Source of the DNA: a virus | Direction: 5' to 3' (one strand) | Length of the DNA: 64,000 nucleotides | IMG/VR virus record: IMGVR_UViG_3300045977_000216 | Location: 5,638-69,637 of that record | In this document: one piece after another, positions 9,431 to 17,568 of the stretch | Numbering within the stretch: position 1 is the first letter of the stretch | Layout of the letters: every line of letters starts with the position of its first letter | Translations under genes and position numbers: made by a program | The notes under the pieces: generated by a model | What the model was told of the DNA's origin: nothing | The model's input: only the letters and a program-made list of their open reading frames with translations | Databases searched by the model: none

Positions 9431-11842
9431 TCACTTGTCGGCCCACGTGACCATTTCGCTGCTCCAGTCGATCTCCAGCAGCGGCACCGTCGGCCTGAAG
9501 CTTGCTACCGTCTCCTTCACTGTGTTCTCGATCGTTTTTATCAGGTCCGGCCGAGTCGGACACATGATCTCGTCGTGTATGTTCATCGGCTGTACTGACC
9601 AAGGGTGTACTCCAGGTGGTTGGAGGTCCCAGATTCTACGCTGGCATCGCTTGGTGATCTGGGCACCGGTTGACTGAATCACGTGATTGGCAGCGGCCCT
9701 CATGTTAGACTGCTGCATCGCGAAGGCGGCGGCGTATAGTGCCGACTGAACGGCCCCCGAAGCAGTCTGCTCGCGATCTCGCCTAACGACCTTGATCTTA
9801 ATAGCCTGCCACTCCCGCGGTGGCTTATTGGCGAGATCGAAGAGAGCTTTGCAAATCATGTTCTCTAAGGTAAAGTACCTCGGGAATCCGAGCATGCTCT
9901 CGATCTTCTCGGCAGGTTCGTGCCACTCTACGCGAGTGCCGATGCCTCCGGGCTGCCTCATCGAGCAGAACTTTTCGTAGACCAGCATCCGTGCCCGCCT
10001 GACGCCAGGGAACCTGGCCTCGAACCTCCTCGAAGCCTCCTCTGCGACCTCCATCGGTACGCCGAGCTTCGTGTGGAGCGTGTAAGCTTCCCCACCGTAT
10101 ATTTTCGCAAACACGCCCGACTTAGAGAGTGTATACAAGTCCCTGGAGGTCCCCTTGGACCTCATGATGTCCTCATAGGTGTTGCCAGGAAACAAGTCAA
10201 CTCCAAAAATTCCGTGAATTGACTTTCCGCTAAGCAGCTCCTTTCTCAGCTCCTGATCGTTGTAATTCGCGTCCGCGAGAACTACCTCGAATGATATGAA
10301 GTCTCCGCCAACAAGCTGATATCCATCGTCGGAGAGCGGGAAACTGCTCCTGACGACCTTGGTTTTCTTTATCCCCTGTGCGTTCAGCTTGTCGGAGCCG
10401 GCCATCCGGCTGCTGAGCGTCCCGATCACTACGAACGACGCGTGGAACCTACCGGCGGTGAGGAGCTTGTCGTAGAGCTCCACCTCCTTGCTCGCCTTCC
10501 TGGCCTCCAGGACCTCCTCGGCCCTCAGTGCTGCTGGGTGCCTCGTCGCACCGGTGCCTCGACACGTTGGACACTTAAGCTTCCACTCACATGAGCCGTC
10601 GCTCGTGAGGAGCATCTCCTCACCGCTCACGTATGCTATCGGTTTGTTGAACTCTACGTTGTGGGCGTCCGTCGCACGACCTCTGTCCAGCTCGCCTGAG
10701 CCACCACACCGTTCGCAATCACTCTCGATCCTGCTGATCTCCTCGAGCACGACCTTGGCGGTACTGTTCTCCATGCCGAGCTTGAGCGTCTCGTCCATGA
10801 CAGCCTGGATATACTCCCTCGCCTTCTTCGGAGCCGTCGGCGTCCTCGCCCGCTTCCTGATCGCAGTCTCCCTAAGCGACCTGATCTTGTCCTCGTTTAT
10901 CCTGTACCCACGCCATCTGTTCGCACCGACCTCACAGGCCAACACGCTGTCATCGTCGCCTGGCTCTGGAGAGCCGAAGTGTCTGTACAGGTCCCTGGTG
11001 TACACGACGTCCTTGGTCGCGTACTCCCTGGCCATGTCGTTGTACGTCCAGTGCGAGACGTGGACCTTGATGACCTCTGGCCAGGGACCCCTCCTCTGCT
11101 TGGCCAACACCCGCATGTCGTGAGCGATCCTAGCTCTCCGGAGCTCGGCGATGGCGGCCTTGGCAAACGGTGCGTAGCCGAGTTCGAATGGCCAGAACCT
11201 CCGCTCTACCTCGACGTCCGAGAACAGGAGCACCACGTCCTGCGGGAGGTTGAGTGCGTCTACAGCGAGGGCTTTGAGAGCGGAGGAGGCCCTGAACTTG
11301 AGCACTATGTTCTTGAAGTCGGTGCAGTCCTCGATGTCCTGCACCTGCCACTTTGGGAGGTTCTTCTGCTTCCGGCGAGCGAAGTAGATGTCCTTAAGCT
11401 GCACCCTCCTCTCGAGCTCCGCCGCGAGCTTGTAGGCGAGCGGGGTCGGGATACGCTTGATCCTGATGTCGGACCTGTCCATCGTGGACTGGTACGGCCC
11501 CTTCCTCGCGTGCAGCATGATGTCGCAGGCCGACCTCGGCTTCAGGCAGGGGCCGAACCTCGCCAGCGGCTCTGCCTCCACGTACTCCTCAACCTGGTCC
11601 TCGGCGGGGAGGTTGGGGTCCAGGTGCAGGAAGGTCGTGTAGAGCTGACAGACGTGAAACCAGTCGAAGGCTAGGTTGAAACCAACGACCTCGCTCTCGA
11701 CGAGTTTCTCCAGAAGCACGAGCACGTCCTGGACGTCCTCTTTCCATACGGAGCAGAGGCGTACAGGACCGTCGTCCTCAGCATACTGTAAGAGAACTAT
11801 CGGTCCATGCAGACCGCAGGTCTCTGTGTCGAAGAAGATCAT
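9431..11842 (-). CDS. polA: family A DNA polymerase with 3'-5' exonuclease
   Basis: Exo motifs FFDTET, GFNLAFD and YATKD. Polymerase motifs GTLSSRM, NAQGI, A (GDFISFE), B (KSGVFAKIYG), NHVIQSTGA and C (IHDEI). Confidence 0.9.
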   Translation of the reverse strand: MIFFDTETCGLHGPIVLLQYAEDDGPVRLCSVWKEDVQDVLVLLEKLVESEVVGFNLAFDWFHVCQLYTTFLHLDPNLPAEDQVEEYVEAEPLARFGPCLKPRSACDIMLHARKGPYQSTMDRSDIRIKRIPTPLAYKLAAELERRVQLKDIYFARRKQKNLPKWQVQDIEDCTDFKNIVLKFRASSALKALAVDALNLPQDVVLLFSDVEVERRFWPFELGYAPFAKAAIAELRRARIAHDMRVLAKQRRGPWPEVIKVHVSHWTYNDMAREYATKDVVYTRDLYRHFGSPEPGDDDSVLACEVGANRWRGYRINEDKIRSLRETAIRKRARTPTAPKKAREYIQAVMDETLKLGMENSTAKVVLEEISRIESDCERCGGSGELDRGRATDAHNVEFNKPIAYVSGEEMLLTSDGSCEWKLKCPTCRGTGATRHPAALRAEEVLEARKASKEVELYDKLLTAGRFHASFVVIGTLSSRMAGSDKLNAQGIKKTKVVRSSFPLSDDGYQLVGGDFISFEVVLADANYNDQELRKELLSGKSIHGIFGVDLFPGNTYEDIMRSKGTSRDLYTLSKSGVFAKIYGGEAYTLHTKLGVPMEVAEEASRRFEARFPGVRRARMLVYEKFCSMRQPGGIGTRVEWHEPAEKIESMLGFPRYFTLENMICKALFDLANKPPREWQAIKIKVVRRDREQTASGAVQSALYAAAFAMQQSNMRAAANHVIQSTGAQITKRCQRRIWDLQPPGVHPWSVQPMNIHDEIMCPTRPDLIKTIENTVKETVASFRPTVPLLEIDWSSEMVTWADK

Positions 11843-11992
11843 CCTCTCTCCGAGGGTAGCCTTAAGAAGGCTGCGAGGAGCTACCTCGCGAGCACCAGAG
11901 CCGCCGGCTGCGGCTTCCGATTGAGCGTCCTATAGCAAATCTGGCAGCGTAGGTAATACCCACGCTTGCCCTTCTGGGCGACCATGATTCCA

Positions 11993-12835
11993 CTACGACA
12001 AAATGGACAACGCGTCTTGTGGAATTTCATACTGGATACCTCTCTCCTCCGCTTCCGACTCAATGTCCCTGTAGAGATCGAGGTCGTTGATCTCTCCGGC
12101 ACACCACGCCATCGCCCGAGTGTAGAGGCCGTTCCCGATGGTGTTCTGCATGTGCTCCATCATCTCGAAGATCTCGGCTGGATTCCGCTTCTTCTTCTGA
12201 AGCACGTTCTTCTTCGGTCGCACGAGCTTGATCGTGTCACCCCTGATCTTACTGTCCTTGATCTTGCGGACGGCTTCGTACTGCATGGCCGTGGTCTTCA
12301 TCGACCCAATAGCACGTATCTGCTCCTGGGAGAGGAGTCCGGTCTCCACGACGCTCTGAATCTCATCGGGGAGCTTCAGGGCGATCTTCCTCACCTGTAT
12401 CCACCCTCGGCTCATCCCAAGCTCCGCGATGAGGGCATCCTCGTTGTACCCGCGACGCATGAGCCTGTCGACCGCCCTCGCCTCCTGCATGATGTTGAGG
12501 CTCTTACGCTTCAGGTTCTCCGTCAGGTTGAGGATGAGGGCGTCGTCGTCCGAGAGCTCGTGCATCACGATCGCGGGAATCGTGGGCAGCTTAATGAAGT
12601 ACTTGTAGGCGGCGTACCGCCTGTGTCCGGCGACGATCCTGTACTTGGCTGGCGGGTGCTTGTCGTATGGCTGGAGGCAGATCGGCTGGATCAGACCACC
12701 GACCTTCTCGATGCTCCTCGCCAAGTCCAGTACGTCGGTCGATGGAATTATCCCGCGGCAGTTAAAGTCGTCGTCGGAGAATATGTCCTCCATCGGAACG
12801 GCCTGGACCTGCTTCTGCTCAATGGTCACCGGCAT
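11993..12835 (-). CDS. ParB/Srx N-terminal domain protein (ParB-like 1)
   Basis: LARSIEKVGGLIQPI, YRIVAGHRRYAA, ENLKRKSL and an HTH-like IAELGMSRGWI. Confidence 0.9.
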   Translation of the reverse strand: MPVTIEQKQVQAVPMEDIFSDDDFNCRGIIPSTDVLDLARSIEKVGGLIQPICLQPYDKHPPAKYRIVAGHRRYAAYKYFIKLPTIPAIVMHELSDDDALILNLTENLKRKSLNIMQEARAVDRLMRRGYNEDALIAELGMSRGWIQVRKIALKLPDEIQSVVETGLLSQEQIRAIGSMKTTAMQYEAVRKIKDSKIRGDTIKLVRPKKNVLQKKKRNPAEIFEMMEHMQNTIGNGLYTRAMAWCAGEINDLDLYRDIESEAEERGIQYEIPQDALSILS

Positions 12836-14762
12836 AGAATGCTCCCGTAAGTTCGCCCATGGTCATGTCCTGGAGCTTACGCTTCAGCTTCACGTTGTCG
12901 AGGATGAGCTGGTCCGTGTCCAGGTGAATGAGGTCTATGATCGTGGCACCTCTGTTCTTGTCCATCCCGATCCTGTGGATGCGATCCTCGCTCTGGATGC
13001 GTGACTCCCCGTTGAAGTCGTTGCTGTAGTAGCAGATGGTCGGGGAGGCCGTGAGCGTGAGGCCCATACCAGCCGAGCTCGGCTGACCTACGAACACGAG
13101 CCTCGGGTGATCCTCGTGACCTCCCTGGAAGGTCCTGAGCATGTCGCTCGCACGAGCGAGACCGGGCACGCTGCTGTGCCACCCCCTGCCGTCGACCCTG
13201 ACGACTTCCCACTGCTGTCGTCTGGCTATGCTGCAGCACCGGTCCACGCTGCCGGTGAAGCCAGCGTACACAACGAGCCTCCCGTGCTCCTCGTGGTCCT
13301 CCAGAATGCTCTTGAGAGCGTCCTCCTTGGGGCAGGGGACTTCCTCCACGCCCCTCGCGACCTTAGCCTGCTGTCCAGTGCCGGAGCACCAGTAGCAGTC
13401 GATCTTCCTCTTGCCCACTCGGAAGGGTTCGCTGCCGATGGGAATCCCATTCTCATCGTACGTGAACCTGAGGCCAGCGACGAGCTCCTCCTGCGTTGGG
13501 TACTCGTCCGGCCTGTCCTCGAAGAAGCATTCGTCTACGACGCCGGCCCCCTTGCAGTTGCTGCAAGTCTCGACCCCGACCTCCTCGTCTCTATACTGGA
13601 AACCGTCCGACAGCTCCCTGAGCAGGGTGAGGGCCGTGATCGCTCGCGGCGACCTGGCCACGATCAGCTTCGCCGCACTGAGCGTGGAGGGACTCGGCTT
13701 CAGGCGGATTATCTTGTACCGCTTCTCCGGCAGGTCCAGGCAGTCCTTCTTGAGCTTCACCATGACGAGCCCGCTCATCCGCTTGTACAGGTTGGCGACC
13801 TCATTCTTTCCCTGAACCCACATGTGGAAGCCAGGCACGCTGATGTCGTGCCTTGGGTCGTCTCGCATCAGCCCGCACTGCCCGCAGCGGTCCTCGCTGT
13901 CCTTCCAGGCCACGAGCCTCGGATACGTGCCACCGGTCACCGAGTCCACATTCTCCACGTGGGCGAGCCGCCGCTTGAACTTGAAGAGGTCGCCCTCCCT
14001 CAGGAACCCCGGGCAAGCGATCTCGCAGATGTTCCACCAGTCGGCCGGGCTCTTGGGAGCTGGCGTACCCGACATCAGTAGAACGAAGGCATCCCTCCCG
14101 TACTCCCTACGCATGGCGTCCGTCAGGTGCCTGACGGCCTGCGACCGCTTCGCCGTCGGGTTCTTCGCTCGCGAAATCTCGTCGCCCACGAATCCCCTCG
14201 GTGGCTTCTTACCAGTCGGCCACTCTTCGAGCAGCTTCCGCAAGCTCTCATAAGTGTGGAACTCTGGCCACACCTTCGCACGCCACGTTAAGAACTCGAG
14301 CCTGACAGCCTCCAGTGCCGATCTCGGTCCCACCCAGAGCCAGTCCTCCGTACCGAGGGTCGCAGCGACCCACTCCATCACCTCGATCGCGGCGAGCGTC
14401 TTGCCGGTTCCCATCTCTCCGCCCACCACGCACTGCCTTCGGGTCACCATGTGCGACTTCATGTCGAACTGGTGGTCGTAGAGTGGCCGCTCGCTGGTCA
14501 CCTGAATCAAGGCAGTCTCGTACGGGGCGTACGGGTTCTCTCCGGCCAAGTACGAGAGCTGGAACTTGTTTCGCTCCGAGTCGAGGATGCTCCAGACCTT
14601 CTTTGGTACGGGGTCGAACCCATGCCACTTCGCACCCTCCATGTTCCTGATCTCGTCGAGCAGGGTGACGTTGTACCTGAAGGCTACGAATATCCTGTTG
14701 CCGTCCCTGCTAAGCTCAACCGGAATTTTGTACTTTCCCGCCCTCAGTTTCAATGTAGCCAT
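12819..14762 (-). CDS. SNF2-family SF2 helicase
   Basis: EMGTGKT, DEIS, MSGTP, GMGLTLT and QSEDRIHRIG. Confidence 0.9.
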   Translation of the reverse strand: MATLKLRAGKYKIPVELSRDGNRIFVAFRYNVTLLDEIRNMEGAKWHGFDPVPKKVWSILDSERNKFQLSYLAGENPYAPYETALIQVTSERPLYDHQFDMKSHMVTRRQCVVGGEMGTGKTLAAIEVMEWVAATLGTEDWLWVGPRSALEAVRLEFLTWRAKVWPEFHTYESLRKLLEEWPTGKKPPRGFVGDEISRAKNPTAKRSQAVRHLTDAMRREYGRDAFVLLMSGTPAPKSPADWWNICEIACPGFLREGDLFKFKRRLAHVENVDSVTGGTYPRLVAWKDSEDRCGQCGLMRDDPRHDISVPGFHMWVQGKNEVANLYKRMSGLVMVKLKKDCLDLPEKRYKIIRLKPSPSTLSAAKLIVARSPRAITALTLLRELSDGFQYRDEEVGVETCSNCKGAGVVDECFFEDRPDEYPTQEELVAGLRFTYDENGIPIGSEPFRVGKRKIDCYWCSGTGQQAKVARGVEEVPCPKEDALKSILEDHEEHGRLVVYAGFTGSVDRCCSIARRQQWEVVRVDGRGWHSSVPGLARASDMLRTFQGGHEDHPRLVFVGQPSSAGMGLTLTASPTICYYSNDFNGESRIQSEDRIHRIGMDKNRGATIIDLIHLDTDQLILDNVKLKRKLQDMTMGELTGAFYAGDH

Positions 14763-14782
14763 TTTATTATGCTCATGTTAGT

Positions 14783-14813
14783 AAAAGCCGGCGGCGGCTC
14801 CACCGCCGCCGAC
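14783..14813 (-). terminator. probable rho-independent terminator
   Basis: CGGCGGCGG/CCGCCGCCG stem followed by TTTT on the minus strand. Confidence 0.5.
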
Positions 14814-14832
14814 CAACACCAGAGAGACCTAC

Positions 14833-15357
14833 TCACTTGGGCAGGAGCGTCACCGTCAAGTCGCCCGCGTCCCGCCTCCTGTACTCGGACCACAGCTCCC
14901 CGAGCCCCAGCTTCTCGAAGATCTCGTGGCACCTGTTCATGAACTCTCGGAGCCCCTGGCTCTCGTCTCCTGTCGAACAGTTAATAACGGAGGACCTCCA
15001 CTGCTGGAGGTCCCCCGTCACGACGGTCAGGTAGTACTCGTCACGCCGCGTTCCGCTGCTCTTGCAAGCCAATCCAGTCTCCTGACCGACCTCAAGGGCC
15101 AGCTCCCTGCTCCCGACCAGGAGCACGGAGACGCAGTAATGTTGCAAAAGGTTCCCAGCCGCCCTTATTGCACTCTTTGTTGAGAGGCCTGGGTGCCAGA
15201 TCTCCGACAGTGCGGAGATGTAGCTCGCGGCGTCCCACGAGTTGCAGTTCTCGTTGTCGAGCTGGTTTGCAACGCTGCGTCCGAGAGCATCCCTTGAGAC
15301 GGACAGGAAGCCGTCCCAATTCACCGAGGTTGCAGAGAGCAACGTGACGTGCACCAT
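14833..15357 (-). CDS. divergent ThyX-fold-like protein
   Basis: LLQH..VSVLL.GSRE, LTVVTGDLQQWR and Q.LRE resemble ThyX segments (LEH...F....SR, TxNxRxW, QxEIR). The RHR/S motif is absent. Confidence 0.45.
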   Translation of the reverse strand: MVHVTLLSATSVNWDGFLSVSRDALGRSVANQLDNENCNSWDAASYISALSEIWHPGLSTKSAIRAAGNLLQHYCVSVLLVGSRELALEVGQETGLACKSSGTRRDEYYLTVVTGDLQQWRSSVINCSTGDESQGLREFMNRCHEIFEKLGLGELWSEYRRRDAGDLTVTLLPK

Positions 15358-16004
15358 CAGCGGTCTCGCTCGGGTTCCTCGGCGAGCTCCTGCTCGCTGT
15401 CCTTGGGATTCACGAAGGCCGTCGCCTGGCTCCGCATCTCCTCCGGATCTGGCATCGCCAGGGTCTCGCTGCAGGTCGTAACGAGCGGTGCGTAGTACGT
15501 CCCGTACTTCTTCGTCGGGATCGCCTGCACCTTCAGCGAGGCCGGGCGACCGATGAGGGCCACGAGGTTCGGGGCCTCGCCCTGTGCCGTCTCGCTGTTC
15601 ATGAAGAATGTGGCGAAGCACTTCGCCGACGGGATCCAGATCAGAAACTCCGGACCGGCCATGCAGCCGTTGCCGAAGGACTTGGAACCCTCCTGAATCT
15701 TCTTGAACTCGGGAGTGTTCGGGTTGTAGTAGTTGACGCTGTTGTTGATGTCGGCGGCCTTCGGACGCCACGCGAGGGCCATCACGTCAACCTGCTGCGT
15801 CATGTCGTCGATCAAGTTCCTGCTCTTCACGAGCCCATAGCGATTGACCTGGAACTTGCCCTCCTTGCACGCCGTGCTGCTCGCGATGAACAGCTGCAGC
15901 CGAGGGAGCCACCCACGTCCGGACGCCACGAGGGAGAGGTTCTCCTTCGTCGCGAATTGGGAGGTCGGGAGGGACGCCAGGACGTTCGCAACTTCACTTG
16001 CCAT
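15357..16004 (-). CDS. putative ssDNA-binding or replication accessory protein
   Basis: 215 aa with an acidic C-terminal tail and a GGAG RBS, in the replication module. The function is inferred. Confidence 0.45.
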   Translation of the reverse strand: MASEVANVLASLPTSQFATKENLSLVASGRGWLPRLQLFIASSTACKEGKFQVNRYGLVKSRNLIDDMTQQVDVMALAWRPKAADINNSVNYYNPNTPEFKKIQEGSKSFGNGCMAGPEFLIWIPSAKCFATFFMNSETAQGEAPNLVALIGRPASLKVQAIPTKKYGTYYAPLVTTCSETLAMPDPEEMRSQATAFVNPKDSEQELAEEPERDR

Positions 16005-16039
16005 GCTGATGTTCTCCGTTTGATGTTCGTGGAACCATC

Positions 16040-16068
16040 GGCACGGCCCTCACCGTGAGGGCCGTGCC
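16040..16068. terminator. perfect GC-rich intergenic hairpin
   Basis: GGCACGGCCCTCA-CCG-TGAGGGCCGTGCC, a 13-bp stem with no clear U-tract. A second GGGCCGTGCCC copy lies near 16107. Confidence 0.45.
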
Positions 16069-16150
16069 CCAGTCAGTCTCGGCTCTACATTCACTCACCT
16101 CCCGTCGGGCCGTGCCCAGCTCGTGAAATCAAGCTGCCTCGACGCCGTGC

Positions 16151-17134
16151 CTACTTCGGCGCAGCCCCGACCGAGTGCATGAGGTCGCCCTCGGCCGCTG
16201 CCTTCTGGACTCGCTCGGCCGCGTCCTTGGCCTTCTTCTCCTCCCGCTCCTTCTTCCGAGCGGCCTTCTGCTCCTCCTCCTCCTTCTTGCGGGCCTCATA
16301 CTTGGACTTGCCGGCCGCGATGCTCCGGTGGTCCATGTGCCCGACGAACTTGATCGCGAGAGCGAAGCCCTCCTCGGGGGTCTTCGCACCAGACTCCTTG
16401 CAGAGCACCGGACCCATCTGTGGGTGCTCCATCTCCTCCTTGAGGACCGCGAGCTTCTGCAGGTGGTACACCGGCACAAAGCCCTCGGGTGCCGCATCGC
16501 GACCCTTGCGGGCGGCGTCGCGGAGCTCCTTCGCACGGGCACCGACGGTGGGGAGGAACTCGCCTGGCTGCTGCGTCATCGCACGGTCCAGGAAGTTCAT
16601 CTGCTCCTCGACCGGCAGCTTCGCCAGAGCGTAGGCGTTGGTGAGGTTGATCTTGTTCTCATCGACCAGCTCCTGGATCTTCGGCTGGAGCTTGATGAGG
16701 TTGAGCCTCTCGTTGAGCCAGGCCGGGCTCTTGGCGAGCTGGCCAGCGAGTTCGGCGAGCGTCAGGAGTGGGTCGCCGGCGAGGATGCGGAGAAGCTGCT
16801 TCGTGTACTCAACTGGCCGCGTCTCGATCTTGTGGACGTTGGCGATGATCTGAGCCCTCAAGATCTCGGCGTCTGCCATGTCGCGGACGTACGCCGGCAT
16901 CTCCAGCAGTCCGGCGTCCTTCGCTCCCGAGAAGCGGTGGAGGCCGTCGATCAATCGGTACTTGTTCTCGCCGGCCGGTCGGACGGAGATGGGGTTGATG
17001 ATCCCCTCCGTACGGATCGAGTCCACGAACGCGATGTACTTCTCCGTCTGCTTGTTCACGCTCCTGAGAGCGACCTTGTTCTCCTCGATCTGGTCGAGGG
17101 GAATCATCTTCAGGACTCCGTTGGTCTCGGACAT
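16151..17134 (-). CDS. ParB/Srx N-terminal domain protein (ParB-like 2)
   Basis: SIRTEGIINPISVR, YRLIDGLHRF, HTH LAELAGQLAKSPAWL and a charged C-terminal tail. GGAGG RBS. Confidence 0.88.
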   Translation of the reverse strand: MSETNGVLKMIPLDQIEENKVALRSVNKQTEKYIAFVDSIRTEGIINPISVRPAGENKYRLIDGLHRFSGAKDAGLLEMPAYVRDMADAEILRAQIIANVHKIETRPVEYTKQLLRILAGDPLLTLAELAGQLAKSPAWLNERLNLIKLQPKIQELVDENKINLTNAYALAKLPVEEQMNFLDRAMTQQPGEFLPTVGARAKELRDAARKGRDAAPEGFVPVYHLQKLAVLKEEMEHPQMGPVLCKESGAKTPEEGFALAIKFVGHMDHRSIAAGKSKYEARKKEEEEQKAARKKEREEKKAKDAAERVQKAAAEGDLMHSVGAAPK

Positions 17135-17568
17135 CTTCCCTCCAGTATCAGTAAGACTCAATGGTACAGTGAATCACAGGACAACCGCAACGTGGTGCCT
17201 GATCAGCTCTCGCGAGCAACGTACTCTCCTTTCTTATCGGTCGCGAAATCAAGGATTGCGAAATCAAATCCGTTCACGTTTGCAGTCTCCTCACTCAATC
17301 CTACTTTCCATTCTGGGAAAGTTACGGTCAATTTTTTCTTACTGACCTACCAATTTTTTCCTTTCTCCTATACGTTTCCCTGCCCCTTATCCTTCTATTG
17401 AGCAAGTTGAACCAGAGTAGTATGGAAAAGACGGAAGTGTATGGTACGATTAGACTTGCGAAAATTGCCGTAACATTCAGTAAATGGAAAGTATGATAAG
17501 GATCGGAGTATCGCTTGTGGCTCGATTTGATCGTGAAATCTTTATTCAGCTCGCGGGAGCAACGTCCT
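17135..17568. promoter_or_regulatory. AT-rich divergent control region
   Basis: Visibly lower GC between divergent operons. Tandem GCGAAATCAA at 17243 and 17258. Confidence 0.6.

Noticed and set aside
5841-11842. Inteins or introns in RNR and PolA
   Set aside because: No C/S...HN splice motifs, LAGLIDADG motifs or frame breaks. The inserts (about 55 aa near the RNR C-terminus, the Zn finger in PolA) are short in-frame loops.
16114-17218. Gene-bracketing inverted repeat around ParB-like 2, like those in the early array
   Set aside because: Only a short gapped match (GCTCGYGA...AGCTG), too weak to separate from chance.
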